Of a stretch of 64,000 nt of DNA, positions 53,017 to 63,592 are shown piece by piece. Made by a program: the position numbers and the translations under genes. How positions within the stretch are numbered: position 1 is the stretch's first letter; each line of letters begins with the position of its first letter. Source of the stretch: a virus; IMG/VR virus record IMGVR_UViG_3300031578_000013, positions 12,162 through 76,161 of that record; one strand, written 5' to 3'. The notes beneath the pieces are model-generated. The model saw only the letters and a list, made by a program, of their open reading frames with translations, was not told the DNA's origin and made no database searches.

Positions 53017-54755
53017 AAATACAAACCTTGCATTTTGTTCACAACTCTGGCAGTTGTATCGTTTTGCATCACGATGATAATGTATTACGGTGCGATATCA
53101 TATCCTGATTTTAGTAGCGTATTTATTGTAATAGCACTAGCAACACAAATGTCAGTTATTTTTATAGTTGTTGCATATGTTTATGGGATTGATGGAATTG
53201 TAAGTGGTGAGTATAGAGAGGTGTGATTAAATGACAAAATTGGGATGTCTTATTAAGAAGAGTGCGGGAGGATATGCTACATTACCCGGTGGGTCGTTTG
53301 AAATCATATCGATTCTTGTTACACCACATAGTCGTGAAGGTATGAGTGCAAAGTGTACGGTATTTTCATATCTTTGTATTATTATTTCATATTTATCATT
53401 TGAAATTATAACTGATGTTCACAACCTTGTGGGATTTGCAGTAATGCTAATCGGTTCTATTATTCTGTCAGTTTGTATGATGCCTATCTACTCCGCATAT
53501 TACGACTGCTACATTGAAGGTGATAACTGATGACAGAACAATACATAAAAAAAATCTGATGTGTTTAAAATGTTGCGCGCAAAGATCAGCGAGTGTATCA
53601 AAGGCAAAGATCAATCGCTAATGTTAATTGAACTGTTTGGAGATATTGGGAAATTACCAGTTGTTGGAGGTGAAAGAAATGGAAACTAACCTGTATAATG
53701 TTATTGAGTGGTATAAAAACCACGTTGTTGAAGTTGCAATGTTTGGATTGTTTTTCGGAATTATATTCGGAGCAGTTGCGCTCAGCAATCATATTAGAAT
53801 AGTATAATGAAGGTGAAACAAGTGTCAACCAGAACTTACAAAACCGGCAAAACCTGGAACACCGGTTCTAAAAAGTATGCCATCTCCGACTCAAACGCCG
53901 AGATTGCTTTGAAGTATGGCAAGACGGTATCGCAGGGGATTGGAGAGATGGAGAGGTTGCTTGGGGGAAAGATGTATGGGAATTAAGTGGTACTTTCCGA
54001 TTTACTTTGGGCTATTGATTTTAATAGTAATGGCGTGTCTGGCGATGCCAAGTGTGCTATCGTATAATATCCAACACGACAATGCTATTAATCAAAATCC
54101 CCAGTTTGAAGGGGAGGTGGGGTATGATAACCAGTGGAAAAATAATGACAGTGGTAATGGGTATTGCATTCGTCGCACTTATCGTAGCAGATGTACATGC
54201 ATTATTTATCGCTAAAAGTTTTGTATGGTTTGCACTATTAACAGTCGGTGCTTGTATGACGAGTGTTGCTTGGATGGTTATGTACGAATCTTCATTCATG
54301 GTGAGGAGGACTAAAGAATGACACAACATATAATTAAACAAGTAGGGTCTGAAACAATCTGTCTGAATAGCAACGACCCGATTAGCAAAATTGGAGCAAA
54401 AACGTTATTCCTATTAGGGGTGCTATATTTGCCTATGATAATTTCAATATTATATTTATTTTTTACAGCCAAGGGTATAAATTCCGATTCTATAGACACG
54501 GTTTTATGGGTTGGGGCGTTTGGTATTACGGCAACGATACTTTATGTGTTATTCTATGATTCCATACTTGAATATGAACCTGCCTATTGCGTCTACATCG
54601 AAGGGCATTACGACACTTCAATCACAATCCCCAAAACAAATGATAAAACCGATCAAGATGAAATCTGCAAGGCTATGAATAAATTGGTTCCGGTTGCACA
54701 GGGGTTTGTCGATCATAGGAATAAGATTGAGAAAATTGTAGAGAAGTGTAGGTGA
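53014..54755 (+). other. Cluster of small membrane proteins (53014-53226, 53231-53530, 54124-54321, 54318-54755)
   Basis: Two hydrophobic helices each; GAGGTG-type SD motifs. Confidence 0.65.
53822..53986 (+). CDS. Small RHH-like protein, paralogue of 16096-16272
   Basis: KYAISDSNAEIALKYGKTVSQGIGEM; AGGTGA SD. Confidence 0.55.
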   Translation: MSTRTYKTGKTWNTGSKKYAISDSNAEIALKYGKTVSQGIGEMERLLGGKMYGN

Positions 54756-54849
54756 AAGAAAATACAGATTAAAATTAGATCAATTCCATTTTCTATCCAA
54801 AAACTTAATAACCCTATACAACCTTACTTTGCAGTAGGAGCATCAAATT

Positions 54850-55035
54850 ATGCCGAACCGAAAAATTCGTAACACAAGGTTGGCCGCGAATGTAGGGAAC
54901 GCCTTATATGATTCACGTACACCAATCCGTCTGGATGTGATGGGTAGTCGAGAAAGTGGAGTCGCGTGGTACAAGGAAACCAAAGAAGCACGTGATTTGA
55001 AAGAAGCAAGGATGATTAAGATGAAGGGGCTGTAA
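54850..55035 (+). CDS. Small basic protein
   Basis: 61 aa, AGGAG SD, TATA-like CTTAATAA near 54804. Confidence 0.6.
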   Translation: MPNRKIRNTRLAANVGNALYDSRTPIRLDVMGSRESGVAWYKETKEARDLKEARMIKMKGL

Positions 55036-55200
55036 TTATGCGAGGATGCACACGAAATCTACCAAGTAGCAGGGTTGTAAAAGACGCACGAGTCAAACCC
55101 GATAAAAAGAGGGTTTCTGGCTCAGGTGATGATGGTATTGCTGCTGGAAAAGATATGTACAAGCGCTTTTATGGTAAAGGCAAAAACAGGCGCTATGTAG

Positions 55201-55389
55201 GTGATGATTGATATGAGATACACTCTCAATCGGGGCAGTAATGATAAGGATGGCAAGGCCAGGAAAAGGGATACTCGCGATGCCGGTGATACTGCGGTGA
55301 AGGGTATTGTGGATGTTACTAAGATTGCCGTTGTGGGAAGCGTTGCTGCGGGGCTTATCGGAGGCGTGGGGGCAGCGTTTAAGAAGTAG
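55201..55389 (+). CDS. Small protein with basic N-half and one hydrophobic helix
   Basis: KIAVVGSVAAGLIGGVGAAFKK. Confidence 0.65.
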   Translation: MMIDMRYTLNRGSNDKDGKARKRDTRDAGDTAVKGIVDVTKIAVVGSVAAGLIGGVGAAFKK

Positions 55390-55395
55390 GTTGGT

Positions 55396-56235
55396 GTGGG
55401 TATGGTGAAGAAGAACGGGAATAAAGATAGTGACGAACGGACTTTTAAAGATGGAGTTGATGTAACTGAAGAGGTGAAGGCACAAGAAGAATTGGATGAA
55501 ATTGAAAGAAAATTGGATTTGGAACTTGCAGAGGAGCAAGGTTCAAAAGATTTAGAACAGTTTGGCGATCCAAATGTTAAACCCAAAAAGAAACCCGAAA
55601 CCGCATTGGATAGAGAACTTGAAAACGTACTAAAATCGGACAAAGACCTTGCCGAAGAGAAACGCGACGAAGAGTTTAATGCGTGGGATGTGAAAGGCAA
55701 CTTATCACTCGGAGAAATGAACAAAAGCAAAGCGGATGCGTTTACATTTGGTGAGCGTGTCAAGTCCGGTGTTAAATCCTTAGTATCAGATTTAAATTTC
55801 AAAAAAACCAAAGCGGGAGATTCCCCCATACGCAACCTGTTTGATGATCTCGCATCGGGGCAATTCTCAACCAAAGAAACCCGCACTTTCTCTCGTGGTG
55901 TGTCTGATTTGAAGGAGAAGGTTGCAGCAGAGCGTGGGGGAACCGGCAAACCTATCTATGGACTATACCCAGTATCCCAAGCGGGTAAGCGATCGAGTGG
56001 TAAATCTCAAGCAATGCCAAAACAATCCAAGCAAGCGCATACCCAAAAGCGACCAGTGCAGTCTGGTTCTCCAGTGTTTCGCAATCTGGGAAAAAGCAGC
56101 GCTGGTAACATTAAGTCAACCAACATGGATTTTGTCCAACCACTTTTCGGGAATCCCCCCAAAGTTGCGAAATCGAATCGTAAAATGCCAAATGCCAGAA
56201 AAGGCAATCCATATAATCTGAATTTCAGATTCTAA
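55396..56235 (+). CDS. Charged protein with acidic N-half and basic C-half
   Basis: 279-aa ORF followed by a T-rich terminator-like tract. Confidence 0.75.
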   Translation: MGMVKKNGNKDSDERTFKDGVDVTEEVKAQEELDEIERKLDLELAEEQGSKDLEQFGDPNVKPKKKPETALDRELENVLKSDKDLAEEKRDEEFNAWDVKGNLSLGEMNKSKADAFTFGERVKSGVKSLVSDLNFKKTKAGDSPIRNLFDDLASGQFSTKETRTFSRGVSDLKEKVAAERGGTGKPIYGLYPVSQAGKRSSGKSQAMPKQSKQAHTQKRPVQSGSPVFRNLGKSSAGNIKSTNMDFVQPLFGNPPKVAKSNRKMPNARKGNPYNLNFRF

Positions 56236-56382
56236 CTTTTCTTTTTCCCCAAAGCAAGTCTTTCTCCAAAGTAAGACTTTCTCCAAAGGCTTTAATACAA
56301 CACAATGCTATTCTCTTTTAAGTTGGTGAATGGTATGCCAGATATAAAAGTTTGCGAAGTAATTGCGTGGAGAGTGGGGTAG

Positions 56383-56871
56383 ATGTTAAAGAATCCATTT
56401 GATAGATTTAAATTGTTGTTGGAACACGGCGCACAAGCATCAGATGATTATTATTCGTCTTCCGCTGGTGGGGGAGATACCACATACAGTGCACCGGCAG
56501 CGTCAGCACCGGCGGCATCCGCACCAGCATCATCAGCACCGTCGGCATCGGAAACCGGGGTGGATTCATACACGCCTTCTGTTCCGGCAACACCGGCACC
56601 ACTCAGTAGGGCAGCCGGAGAAGCGTCACTTTCATCAAAGGCGTTTGTCGGAACACTGTCGGCATTGGGTGGTGGTGGATATGCGGGTGGTTTTAGTGGC
56701 AAAGGTGCGACAAAATCACAACCCGCACCCCGCCAGCCTGTTGTCCCATCTGGTCGTCTTGGTATGTCGTATAGCAGAGACACACCCCGATTTGCGAACG
56801 ATGGTAAAAATCACGCCGATGTTCTCAGAAGCAAATTCAAACTGGGACTTGTCAGAAACCGGAGGCGGTAA
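56383..56871 (+). CDS. Low-complexity Ala/Ser/Gly protein with basic tail
   Basis: 162 aa; shares an identical segment with the next gene in the same protein frame. Confidence 0.75.
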   Translation: MLKNPFDRFKLLLEHGAQASDDYYSSSAGGGDTTYSAPAASAPAASAPASSAPSASETGVDSYTPSVPATPAPLSRAAGEASLSSKAFVGTLSALGGGGYAGGFSGKGATKSQPAPRQPVVPSGRLGMSYSRDTPRFANDGKNHADVLRSKFKLGLVRNRRR

Positions 56872-57376
56872 CAATGTCTAATCCCCCACCGGGTGCTGCG
56901 GGATGGCGCCCCGGTGGTGAAACCGAACAACAAAAAATAGCAGCACGACAACGAAACTTTAGAGCCGCACTAGCAGATCGTGCTCGATATGGATCTACGC
57001 CTCCTCAGGGAATTGGACAGTCAGCCCGTAGTGGTGGTGGTGGGGGTGCATTGGTCGGCGGACAACCAGCACCGGCGTATAGTGGCCCCGGTTCTGTGGT
57101 ACATGCACAAGCAACACCGGCGTCGTATAGTGGCCCCGGTTCTGTGGTACATGCACAAGCAACAAATGTTGCATATCAGGCAGCACAAAACGCGCCATTA
57201 GCAACTGGTTCTGCCGCATGGTGGGCCATAGCAATCTCACAGGGAGTAGACGCGGCGAAAGCAGCAGCCGCACCGGCAGCGCCGGACACTGGGGTGGATT
57301 CATACACGCCTTCTGTTCCGGCAACACCGGCACCACTCAGTAGGGCAGCCGGAGAAGCGTCACTTTCATCAAAGGC
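56557..57376 (+). repeat. 86-bp identical direct repeat (56557-56642 and 57291-57376) plus a 41-bp near-tandem repeat (about 57075-57165)
   Basis: Direct comparison; encode GVDSYTPSVPATPAPLSRAAGEASLSSKA and YSGPGSVVHAQAT. Confidence 0.9.
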
Positions 57377-60300
57377 ATACGTTGGTACAAAATCTGCTTC
57401 TGCCGGTGGTGGATATGCTGGTGGTTTTAGTGGTGCTGGTGCAACCGCAGAGCAAGCATCAGCAGCAGCAGCAACGGCAGCAGCAGCAGGGGATCATGCA
57501 AGAGCAGCAGCCATTGTAGCAGCGACAGACCCAATCAAATCGGCACAATTCGCAATACAGCAAGTGCGTTCAGACGCGGCCATCGATGCTGGTATCATGG
57601 GTACTAACATACATGCCGTTGGAACGCCCGAATGGTGGATATTTGAAAAAGCATCCAGAACTCTAACGGCATCATCAAACGTGCGTGCAAGCCCCGCATC
57701 GATACCAACACCAATACCACAACCACAGATTGTAATAGCACCACCCGATCCAACAGGGTTGGGGTTGCCCGGCCCGATGGGAACAACCGTAACAAATATC
57801 TATGATATCATCAGACCACAACATAGGACTACGTTACCCGGCCCGATGGGAACAACTGTAAAGGGGTTATATGGTATATTTGGTACAACTTCGGTAGTCC
57901 CTAAAGAACCAGAACAATATCGGATGCCCCCCCGTAGTGGTGGTGGTGTTCTTGATACGATTGGTTTTGGGATGTTGGCACTTGGAACAGCAATGGCTAC
58001 AAACACTGAGGATTTCTTTTCGGAAGTTGAAAAAAATATACCGTCTAATATTCCGTTCGTATCCACCAACCTTAAATTTATCACAGGTGTTGTAGAGGCA
58101 ACACCACAGGTGGTATCTATGGTTCCACTCATAGGTGGTTCTGCATATGTTTTTGGTCGTGACGTTAAATGGGGAACATCACAGATAATTCCCACTGGGA
58201 CGGAAATCGCAACGGGAATGTATGAACGTGCGATAGAAAAACCAGAAAGGACTGCTGGCAATATAGTTGGTGCTATGATTTTAGGAGAGGTTGGAATACC
58301 AAAAGCCGTCGAATCGATAAAATATCTCTCACCCACTGGTATTGATATTATAGAAATACCAGCATCAACGGGAGCACGTTCGACCATAGCCTATGCTTAT
58401 ACAAAACCATTCGCATCTGGTATGGAACAAGCGACTGCTAGAGGGACAATGGCATTATCAGCAGTATCAGAACCGGCAAAACTTATTGGTAGTCCATCAC
58501 TTGCTGCACCGCCGGGATCAATAAATATTGTTGGTGGCAAAGTTCCGAGTTTTTCAAGTGTTGAGGTTGCGGTACAAACATATGATGCTCTTGCTGGTAG
58601 AAAAGGTTCGTTCCTACATGGGACTACCGATGTTAGGTTTGTCCAATCTTTGCTTGAAGAGGGAGAGGTTATAGTAGGCGCAGGAGCAAAAGGTACGGAA
58701 CCACTCTATGTATCATCGGTTCCAGATGTGGTGTATCAACGTTTCTTATTGGGTGCACAAGAAGCACAACCCGGTTCTTCTGCTATCGTAAGAGTGACCG
58801 GAGCACCAAAAACGGTTACAGAAGCACTTGCGTATGAAGGTTCGATATATTCACCAGAATTAACACCCGGTTTATATCCCGGTGTAAAACCCCTTAGTGG
58901 TTGGACTGGAACACTATCACGCTTTTTTGGTTTACAACAGGAAATGATAGTTCCTGCTGGATCAAAACTTGCTGTTACCGATGTATCATTTATAGAGATT
59001 GGTGGTGTAAAAGTACCAATCATAGATGTTGTTGTTGGTAAAGCGAATATCCTGCAACGAGCAAAGGTTGGTATAAAACAGTTTGGATACCGAGCAAATG
59101 CGGCAACACTACCAGAAGTGGGATTGGGCAAACCAACGGAGTTTTTGAAAGGGTCGGATATTGTAATGCCAAATCCACTACAGGTTGGTTCGGAATGGAC
59201 TGGAGCACAACGGGCTATTTTAGATCCATATATCAAAGAGATGGCAGCAAAACCTGGTGCGCCATTGGGACTAAAAGCAGTAGCGGCGGGTAGGGAAGCA
59301 TTACCACTATTCCGAGAGGTTACATTTGTTCAGAGAGAACCCGTGGGTCAAATTCTTGCAGGAAAAGAAATGAGTGAATCTACCATTGCCAAAATATTTG
59401 AAAGTCGCGCTGCTATGGGAGAAGATGTTGTATCAGGCGGTTCAACAACTATACGTGCCAATCTTGGTAAGGGTTTCTTTGACAAGTCTATGATTGGGGA
59501 TATAGATGCGTGGTTAAAATCAACTAAAGTTGCAGAGCAACAATCAAAAGAAATCGCCATTATTGCACGCGATCAACCATCTGCTGTAACATCCAGAGCA
59601 CCCGGATTGCAAGAGGGGTTCCCCGTGGCAGAAGTTAGAATACAAGGGGCTGCACACCCTCTCACAGAATTGCATAGTATTGAGGCGTTTCCAACTGTTG
59701 CAAAAGCAGAAAATATAGGAACACTCGAAGCAGTTGGTGGTACAACAGTAACAGGCCCAAAAACTGGGTATACTGGTGGAGTCCTAAAGTCATCTGCTGC
59801 GTTCGATAACATCGCTCTGACACAGCGCCCCGGTGGTGTAATGGATATTGCACTAAATCCCAAAGGTATAAAACACGCCGTTGGTACATCCGCAGTTGCA
59901 AAAGAATCTGCATCATTATTCTATGGTCGTGATGTTGAAATAACTGGTATGAAACCGAGTTACGCTAAAGGTCGTGTAATGGAGAGGTATGCGAGTGCAT
60001 TAGATGAACTTTTGAAAACACAGAAGGGGGAAGCCGCAAAGACCGTAAAGAGGTATCAGAGTGCTATTGAAATAAACCCGTTGGATTTGCCAGAAACAAA
60101 GGCTGCAAAAGCGAAAGCATACGCGGCATCTGGACAAGCACCATTATCGCAGATACTTGGTATTGATATAGGAGTGCCAACACCAAGAACCGCATACCCA
60201 GTACGCGCAGCAACAAGGTCAGTAGCACAAGCACCGGAATCAAGTGCGGCATACTCAATCATAGCGGCGTTGGGATTTGTAGTTCCACGGGCTATAACTC

Positions 60301-61103
60301 CCACTACAACCTATCCAGCGCAGCGTGATTACTCAACTAGTGAAATACCAACAAAGACGGTAATCACCAATTATCCGATTGGTGAAACACAAATAGACAA
60401 AAACGTTTCGGGATATTCATTTACAGGTGTTCCACAAAAGACTGGTGGTTATCCAGCAACGACACCGATAACAACCCATGATATACCGGTTGGTGATTAC
60501 CCAGTAAGTGATTATCCACCAACCGATTATCCACCGTTTACCCCCCCACCAACAACCCCACCCACTACAACACCCACAACACCCCCCCCGCCACCAGAGA
60601 AAACAATAACGGAATATGCCCCGATGCGACAAATTCCGGTTCCATTGAAAACTTTTGAAATAAATAAAGAGAAAAAGAAAGAAGAGCAGAAATACAAAAT
60701 GCAGACGAGAAAATACTTCCCCTTTGTGGAATGGTTCAGAGTGGGTGAGGGTGTAGAGTGGGAATCATTTATGGGAGTTGTGCCAACACGCTCTGCGCGG
60801 ATAATCAAAAGCCATCCGAAGAGTATTCCGCCGGAGAAAACGCCGGATAAATTTTATTCGATGAAGGAATATGCACCGGTTCCAGTCAATATGAAGAACC
60901 CCGTACAATTCGGATTTCTCGAACGGTCTCTCGCATTTCACGCAGGGCAGAGATTATCGAAGCCACAGCAATTACAAAAAACAGCAATGCAACGCAGAAC
61001 CGCGCCACCCACGAGAGTGATACAGAATAGACCCATCGTTGGTCAGACAAAGAAAAGCAAGCCGATCAAATTTGGTAGTAGAAAGAAAAGTATGAGGTTC
61101 TGA
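56874..61103 (+). CDS. 1409-aa polyvalent protein with putative ART and pol-beta-type nucleotidyltransferase domains
   Basis: FLHGT...LYVS...QQEMIVPAGSKLAV; VSGGS...GDIDAW; low-complexity ends. The ORF is certain, the domain calls are tentative. Confidence 0.7.
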   Translation: MSNPPPGAAGWRPGGETEQQKIAARQRNFRAALADRARYGSTPPQGIGQSARSGGGGGALVGGQPAPAYSGPGSVVHAQATPASYSGPGSVVHAQATNVAYQAAQNAPLATGSAAWWAIAISQGVDAAKAAAAPAAPDTGVDSYTPSVPATPAPLSRAAGEASLSSKAYVGTKSASAGGGYAGGFSGAGATAEQASAAAATAAAAGDHARAAAIVAATDPIKSAQFAIQQVRSDAAIDAGIMGTNIHAVGTPEWWIFEKASRTLTASSNVRASPASIPTPIPQPQIVIAPPDPTGLGLPGPMGTTVTNIYDIIRPQHRTTLPGPMGTTVKGLYGIFGTTSVVPKEPEQYRMPPRSGGGVLDTIGFGMLALGTAMATNTEDFFSEVEKNIPSNIPFVSTNLKFITGVVEATPQVVSMVPLIGGSAYVFGRDVKWGTSQIIPTGTEIATGMYERAIEKPERTAGNIVGAMILGEVGIPKAVESIKYLSPTGIDIIEIPASTGARSTIAYAYTKPFASGMEQATARGTMALSAVSEPAKLIGSPSLAAPPGSINIVGGKVPSFSSVEVAVQTYDALAGRKGSFLHGTTDVRFVQSLLEEGEVIVGAGAKGTEPLYVSSVPDVVYQRFLLGAQEAQPGSSAIVRVTGAPKTVTEALAYEGSIYSPELTPGLYPGVKPLSGWTGTLSRFFGLQQEMIVPAGSKLAVTDVSFIEIGGVKVPIIDVVVGKANILQRAKVGIKQFGYRANAATLPEVGLGKPTEFLKGSDIVMPNPLQVGSEWTGAQRAILDPYIKEMAAKPGAPLGLKAVAAGREALPLFREVTFVQREPVGQILAGKEMSESTIAKIFESRAAMGEDVVSGGSTTIRANLGKGFFDKSMIGDIDAWLKSTKVAEQQSKEIAIIARDQPSAVTSRAPGLQEGFPVAEVRIQGAAHPLTELHSIEAFPTVAKAENIGTLEAVGGTTVTGPKTGYTGGVLKSSAAFDNIALTQRPGGVMDIALNPKGIKHAVGTSAVAKESASLFYGRDVEITGMKPSYAKGRVMERYASALDELLKTQKGEAAKTVKRYQSAIEINPLDLPETKAAKAKAYAASGQAPLSQILGIDIGVPTPRTAYPVRAATRSVAQAPESSAAYSIIAALGFVVPRAITPTTTYPAQRDYSTSEIPTKTVITNYPIGETQIDKNVSGYSFTGVPQKTGGYPATTPITTHDIPVGDYPVSDYPPTDYPPFTPPPTTPPTTTPTTPPPPPEKTITEYAPMRQIPVPLKTFEINKEKKKEEQKYKMQTRKYFPFVEWFRVGEGVEWESFMGVVPTRSARIIKSHPKSIPPEKTPDKFYSMKEYAPVPVNMKNPVQFGFLERSLAFHAGQRLSKPQQLQKTAMQRRTAPPTRVIQNRPIVGQTKKSKPIKFGSRKKSMRF

Positions 61104-61267
61104 TATGGAGCAAAAAAGCAAGCGCGTCGTCGCAAACATCCCAACGCGAATACTAGATGATCTCGTTAAGCACAATGAGATTTCTATAGATAGTCTGGGG
61201 CGTGCGCGGGGTTTCTCGTCGCATTATGCCAGGCTGTATGCGAAAAAAGATGAGAGGGTGAGATGAT

Positions 61268-61645
61268 ATGATTGCAAATTGGAACGCAGTTGTAAGCATT
61301 TGTGGCAAGTGGAACTGGCTCGGCTTGAATAAATGGGCAATTGCGCTCTTAAAGAGAGAGGAGTCCACCCTTGGAACTACGATTGCGTCTATAGAACTAA
61401 AAGAGGAAGGAACGCTATTTCTTCCGCACGCTGCAATGAATCATACGGCTGAAGTTCTCGGAACGGTTTATTCGGAACGCTTTGTTTTTGAATTTCCAAC
61501 GATCCGACAATTCACTGATGATGAGTACGAAGCGTGGCATCGTGAGAGAGCGGTAAATATTGCGAAAGGTATTAGCGCCCCGAGTGAATCGGCATTCAAT
61601 ACAATCATGGAAAGCCACCACCATCACGGGGTTGAGTTCGGATGA
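61268..61645 (+). CDS. Hypothetical protein
   Basis: 125-aa ORF with GGGTGA SD. Confidence 0.6.
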   Translation: MIANWNAVVSICGKWNWLGLNKWAIALLKREESTLGTTIASIELKEEGTLFLPHAAMNHTAEVLGTVYSERFVFEFPTIRQFTDDEYEAWHRERAVNIAKGISAPSESAFNTIMESHHHHGVEFG

Positions 61646-62196
61646 CTTCAAAAAACCCGGATTAGAAGATCGGATATGCGTTTGCAAAATCAAAATTATT
61701 GTGTGGAGAGCCAGTGCACGAGAGTGAGGTTAAAGCGCGAATTCATATTGGCAAAATGGATCGTGCTCTCCCTTGTCAAATCCTCGAACGATTGCATGGA
61801 CATTATAAAACCCATACAGAAATGGCGTTTGTAGGTGGTGAGTGGGTACTTTCACCCACATCAAGCAGAAATCGCGCGCACAAAACCCCCACAGCCACAA
61901 TCCCAAACCCAGCGCATACAACGCCACGTTCCCAAAATCCCAACAATCCCCCTGCTTCGTGGTGGGCTTACATCCGGGGCTAGTAGGACAGGTGGGCCAA
62001 AATTCCGCCAGTTTACCCAGTTCTCAGAACGTTTCAATGTTGGAAGGGGCATATCCCAAAGTGCCTTCTTTGACGGTGGAGAGAAATTATCCTTAAAGAA
62101 GCGTGGGATTATCTTTGGGAAACGGTGACACTCTTTTTTTTAAACATTTTTAACACCCACATAATCATTAAATAGTATTAAGTCAAACTATTAAGT

Positions 62197-62328
62197 ATGA
62201 CAAAATGTCCGAAGTGTTCTCACGAGTGGGAATATACTGGAGAGGCGAGGTATATCACTTGCCCGAAATGTAGGTCGCTGTTTAAGAATCCCAACTGGAA
62301 GGGCTTTGGGAAGGTGGAGAGGAAATAA
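62197..62328 (+). CDS. Small zinc-ribbon protein, leaderless (absent from ORF track)
   Basis: MTKCPKCSHEW...TCPKC; ATTAAATA at 62167. Confidence 0.7.
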   Translation: MTKCPKCSHEWEYTGEARYITCPKCRSLFKNPNWKGFGKVERK

Positions 62329-62861
62329 TGACAAAATGTATTGAATATTGGGAAAAATTAAAAAAAGAACCGGGGTTCTGTGGCTTGGGGTCTACATTAA
62401 AATCGCAACTTGACTATCTTGAATACACCGATGAGATTTCAGAGAAATTTGATATCCCAATTCGTGTTATTTACAAAAACGCTTCACACGGCGCGCTCAA
62501 ACCCGTTTTGCGTTTCAGAAAGGGAAGTCAAGTTAGAGATAAAGCAACGGCCGCGATTGTAGAAACTATAAAAAATAAGCACGCGATAACGGGAAAATAT
62601 ATTAACAGCATTATTGGTTTTGATCAAAAACCAAAGAGGATGATTGAAGATCCAAAAGTAATTGTTGCTCCTATATCAGAACCACACAGAGAACAAATTA
62701 ATAGTAACTCGGTTAAAGACAAAATAAGACTTCTTACGAGTGCTTTGACATCTGGACAGATGGATATTATTAATGAGGTTATTAAATTTGAAGGGTTAAA
62801 TAATGAGTACGAGGCGATGGCACTTGTTATCAAATGGGCTGCCATGAGGATTGGGAAATGA
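62328..62861 (+). CDS. Hypothetical protein
   Basis: 177-aa ORF, TAATG-coupled. Confidence 0.7.
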   Translation: MTKCIEYWEKLKKEPGFCGLGSTLKSQLDYLEYTDEISEKFDIPIRVIYKNASHGALKPVLRFRKGSQVRDKATAAIVETIKNKHAITGKYINSIIGFDQKPKRMIEDPKVIVAPISEPHREQINSNSVKDKIRLLTSALTSGQMDIINEVIKFEGLNNEYEAMALVIKWAAMRIGK

Positions 62862-63592
62862 AAGAAGTTGTAAAACGATATCCGAAAATACACGTAGACG
62901 TTCCAAAAACCATATCGTTGGAACAACAATATATGAATTTAAAACAAAGTAAAGAAACAGAGTTGAAAAATAACCTTGATTTTCTTACATTTCGCAATCT
63001 TGTGATAAAACAACTTATATTAAAAGCAGAGATGACGTATTCCCAAATTGGAGCGCAATTTCTACCACCATTGTGTGAAGATTCTATACGTATGATCGCC
63101 AAACAGATGGGTGTGCGTAGAAACCGTACTCATAATTATTCCGGATGGTCAGAAAATGATATAAATATACTAAAAAACGACTATGGAAAAATACCGAGTA
63201 TACAGTTGGTGTATAAGTTTAATAGATCCATTGGAAGCGTGCATGTTAAAGCATCCCAACTTGGACTTACAAAGCAAGGGCCGGGCGCAAGGTATTCTAA
63301 TGAGGATGATGAATTTATTAAAAACAATTTACATATGCCTTTGGAGGAAATGGCAACACATTTTTGTAGAACACCAAGGGGACTGAAAAGTCATATAAAA
63401 AAGATGGGGTTGTTTCTCGAAGGGTGGGTTGGCGAAACAAACCACTGGTCGGGATCTGAAGTACAATTTCTAATAGACAATCAACACCTTCGACGAAAAG
63501 AAATTCAGAAGTCGCTTAATAGGTCTGAAAAATCTATAATAAAAAAACAACGTAGATTGGGGATTGTATGTAAATACAAACACAATCGTTGA
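62858..63592 (+). CDS. Protein with three Myb/SANT-like helical repeats
   Basis: WSENDINILK, YSNEDDEFIK, WSGSEVQFLI, each followed by RS/RT...LG. Confidence 0.7.
   Translation: MKEVVKRYPKIHVDVPKTISLEQQYMNLKQSKETELKNNLDFLTFRNLVIKQLILKAEMTYSQIGAQFLPPLCEDSIRMIAKQMGVRRNRTHNYSGWSENDINILKNDYGKIPSIQLVYKFNRSIGSVHVKASQLGLTKQGPGARYSNEDDEFIKNNLHMPLEEMATHFCRTPRGLKSHIKKMGLFLEGWVGETNHWSGSEVQFLIDNQHLRRKEIQKSLNRSEKSIIKKQRRLGIVCKYKHNR

Noticed and set aside
55122-55949. Long minus-strand ORFs (this one, 8788-9441, 42162-42824, 57800-58387 and similar)
   Set aside because: Antisense shadows of well-supported plus-strand genes
61642-62128. Overlapping ORFs 61699-61983, 61835-62128 and 61842-62096
   Set aside because: Could not determine the real frame; no recognisable motifs
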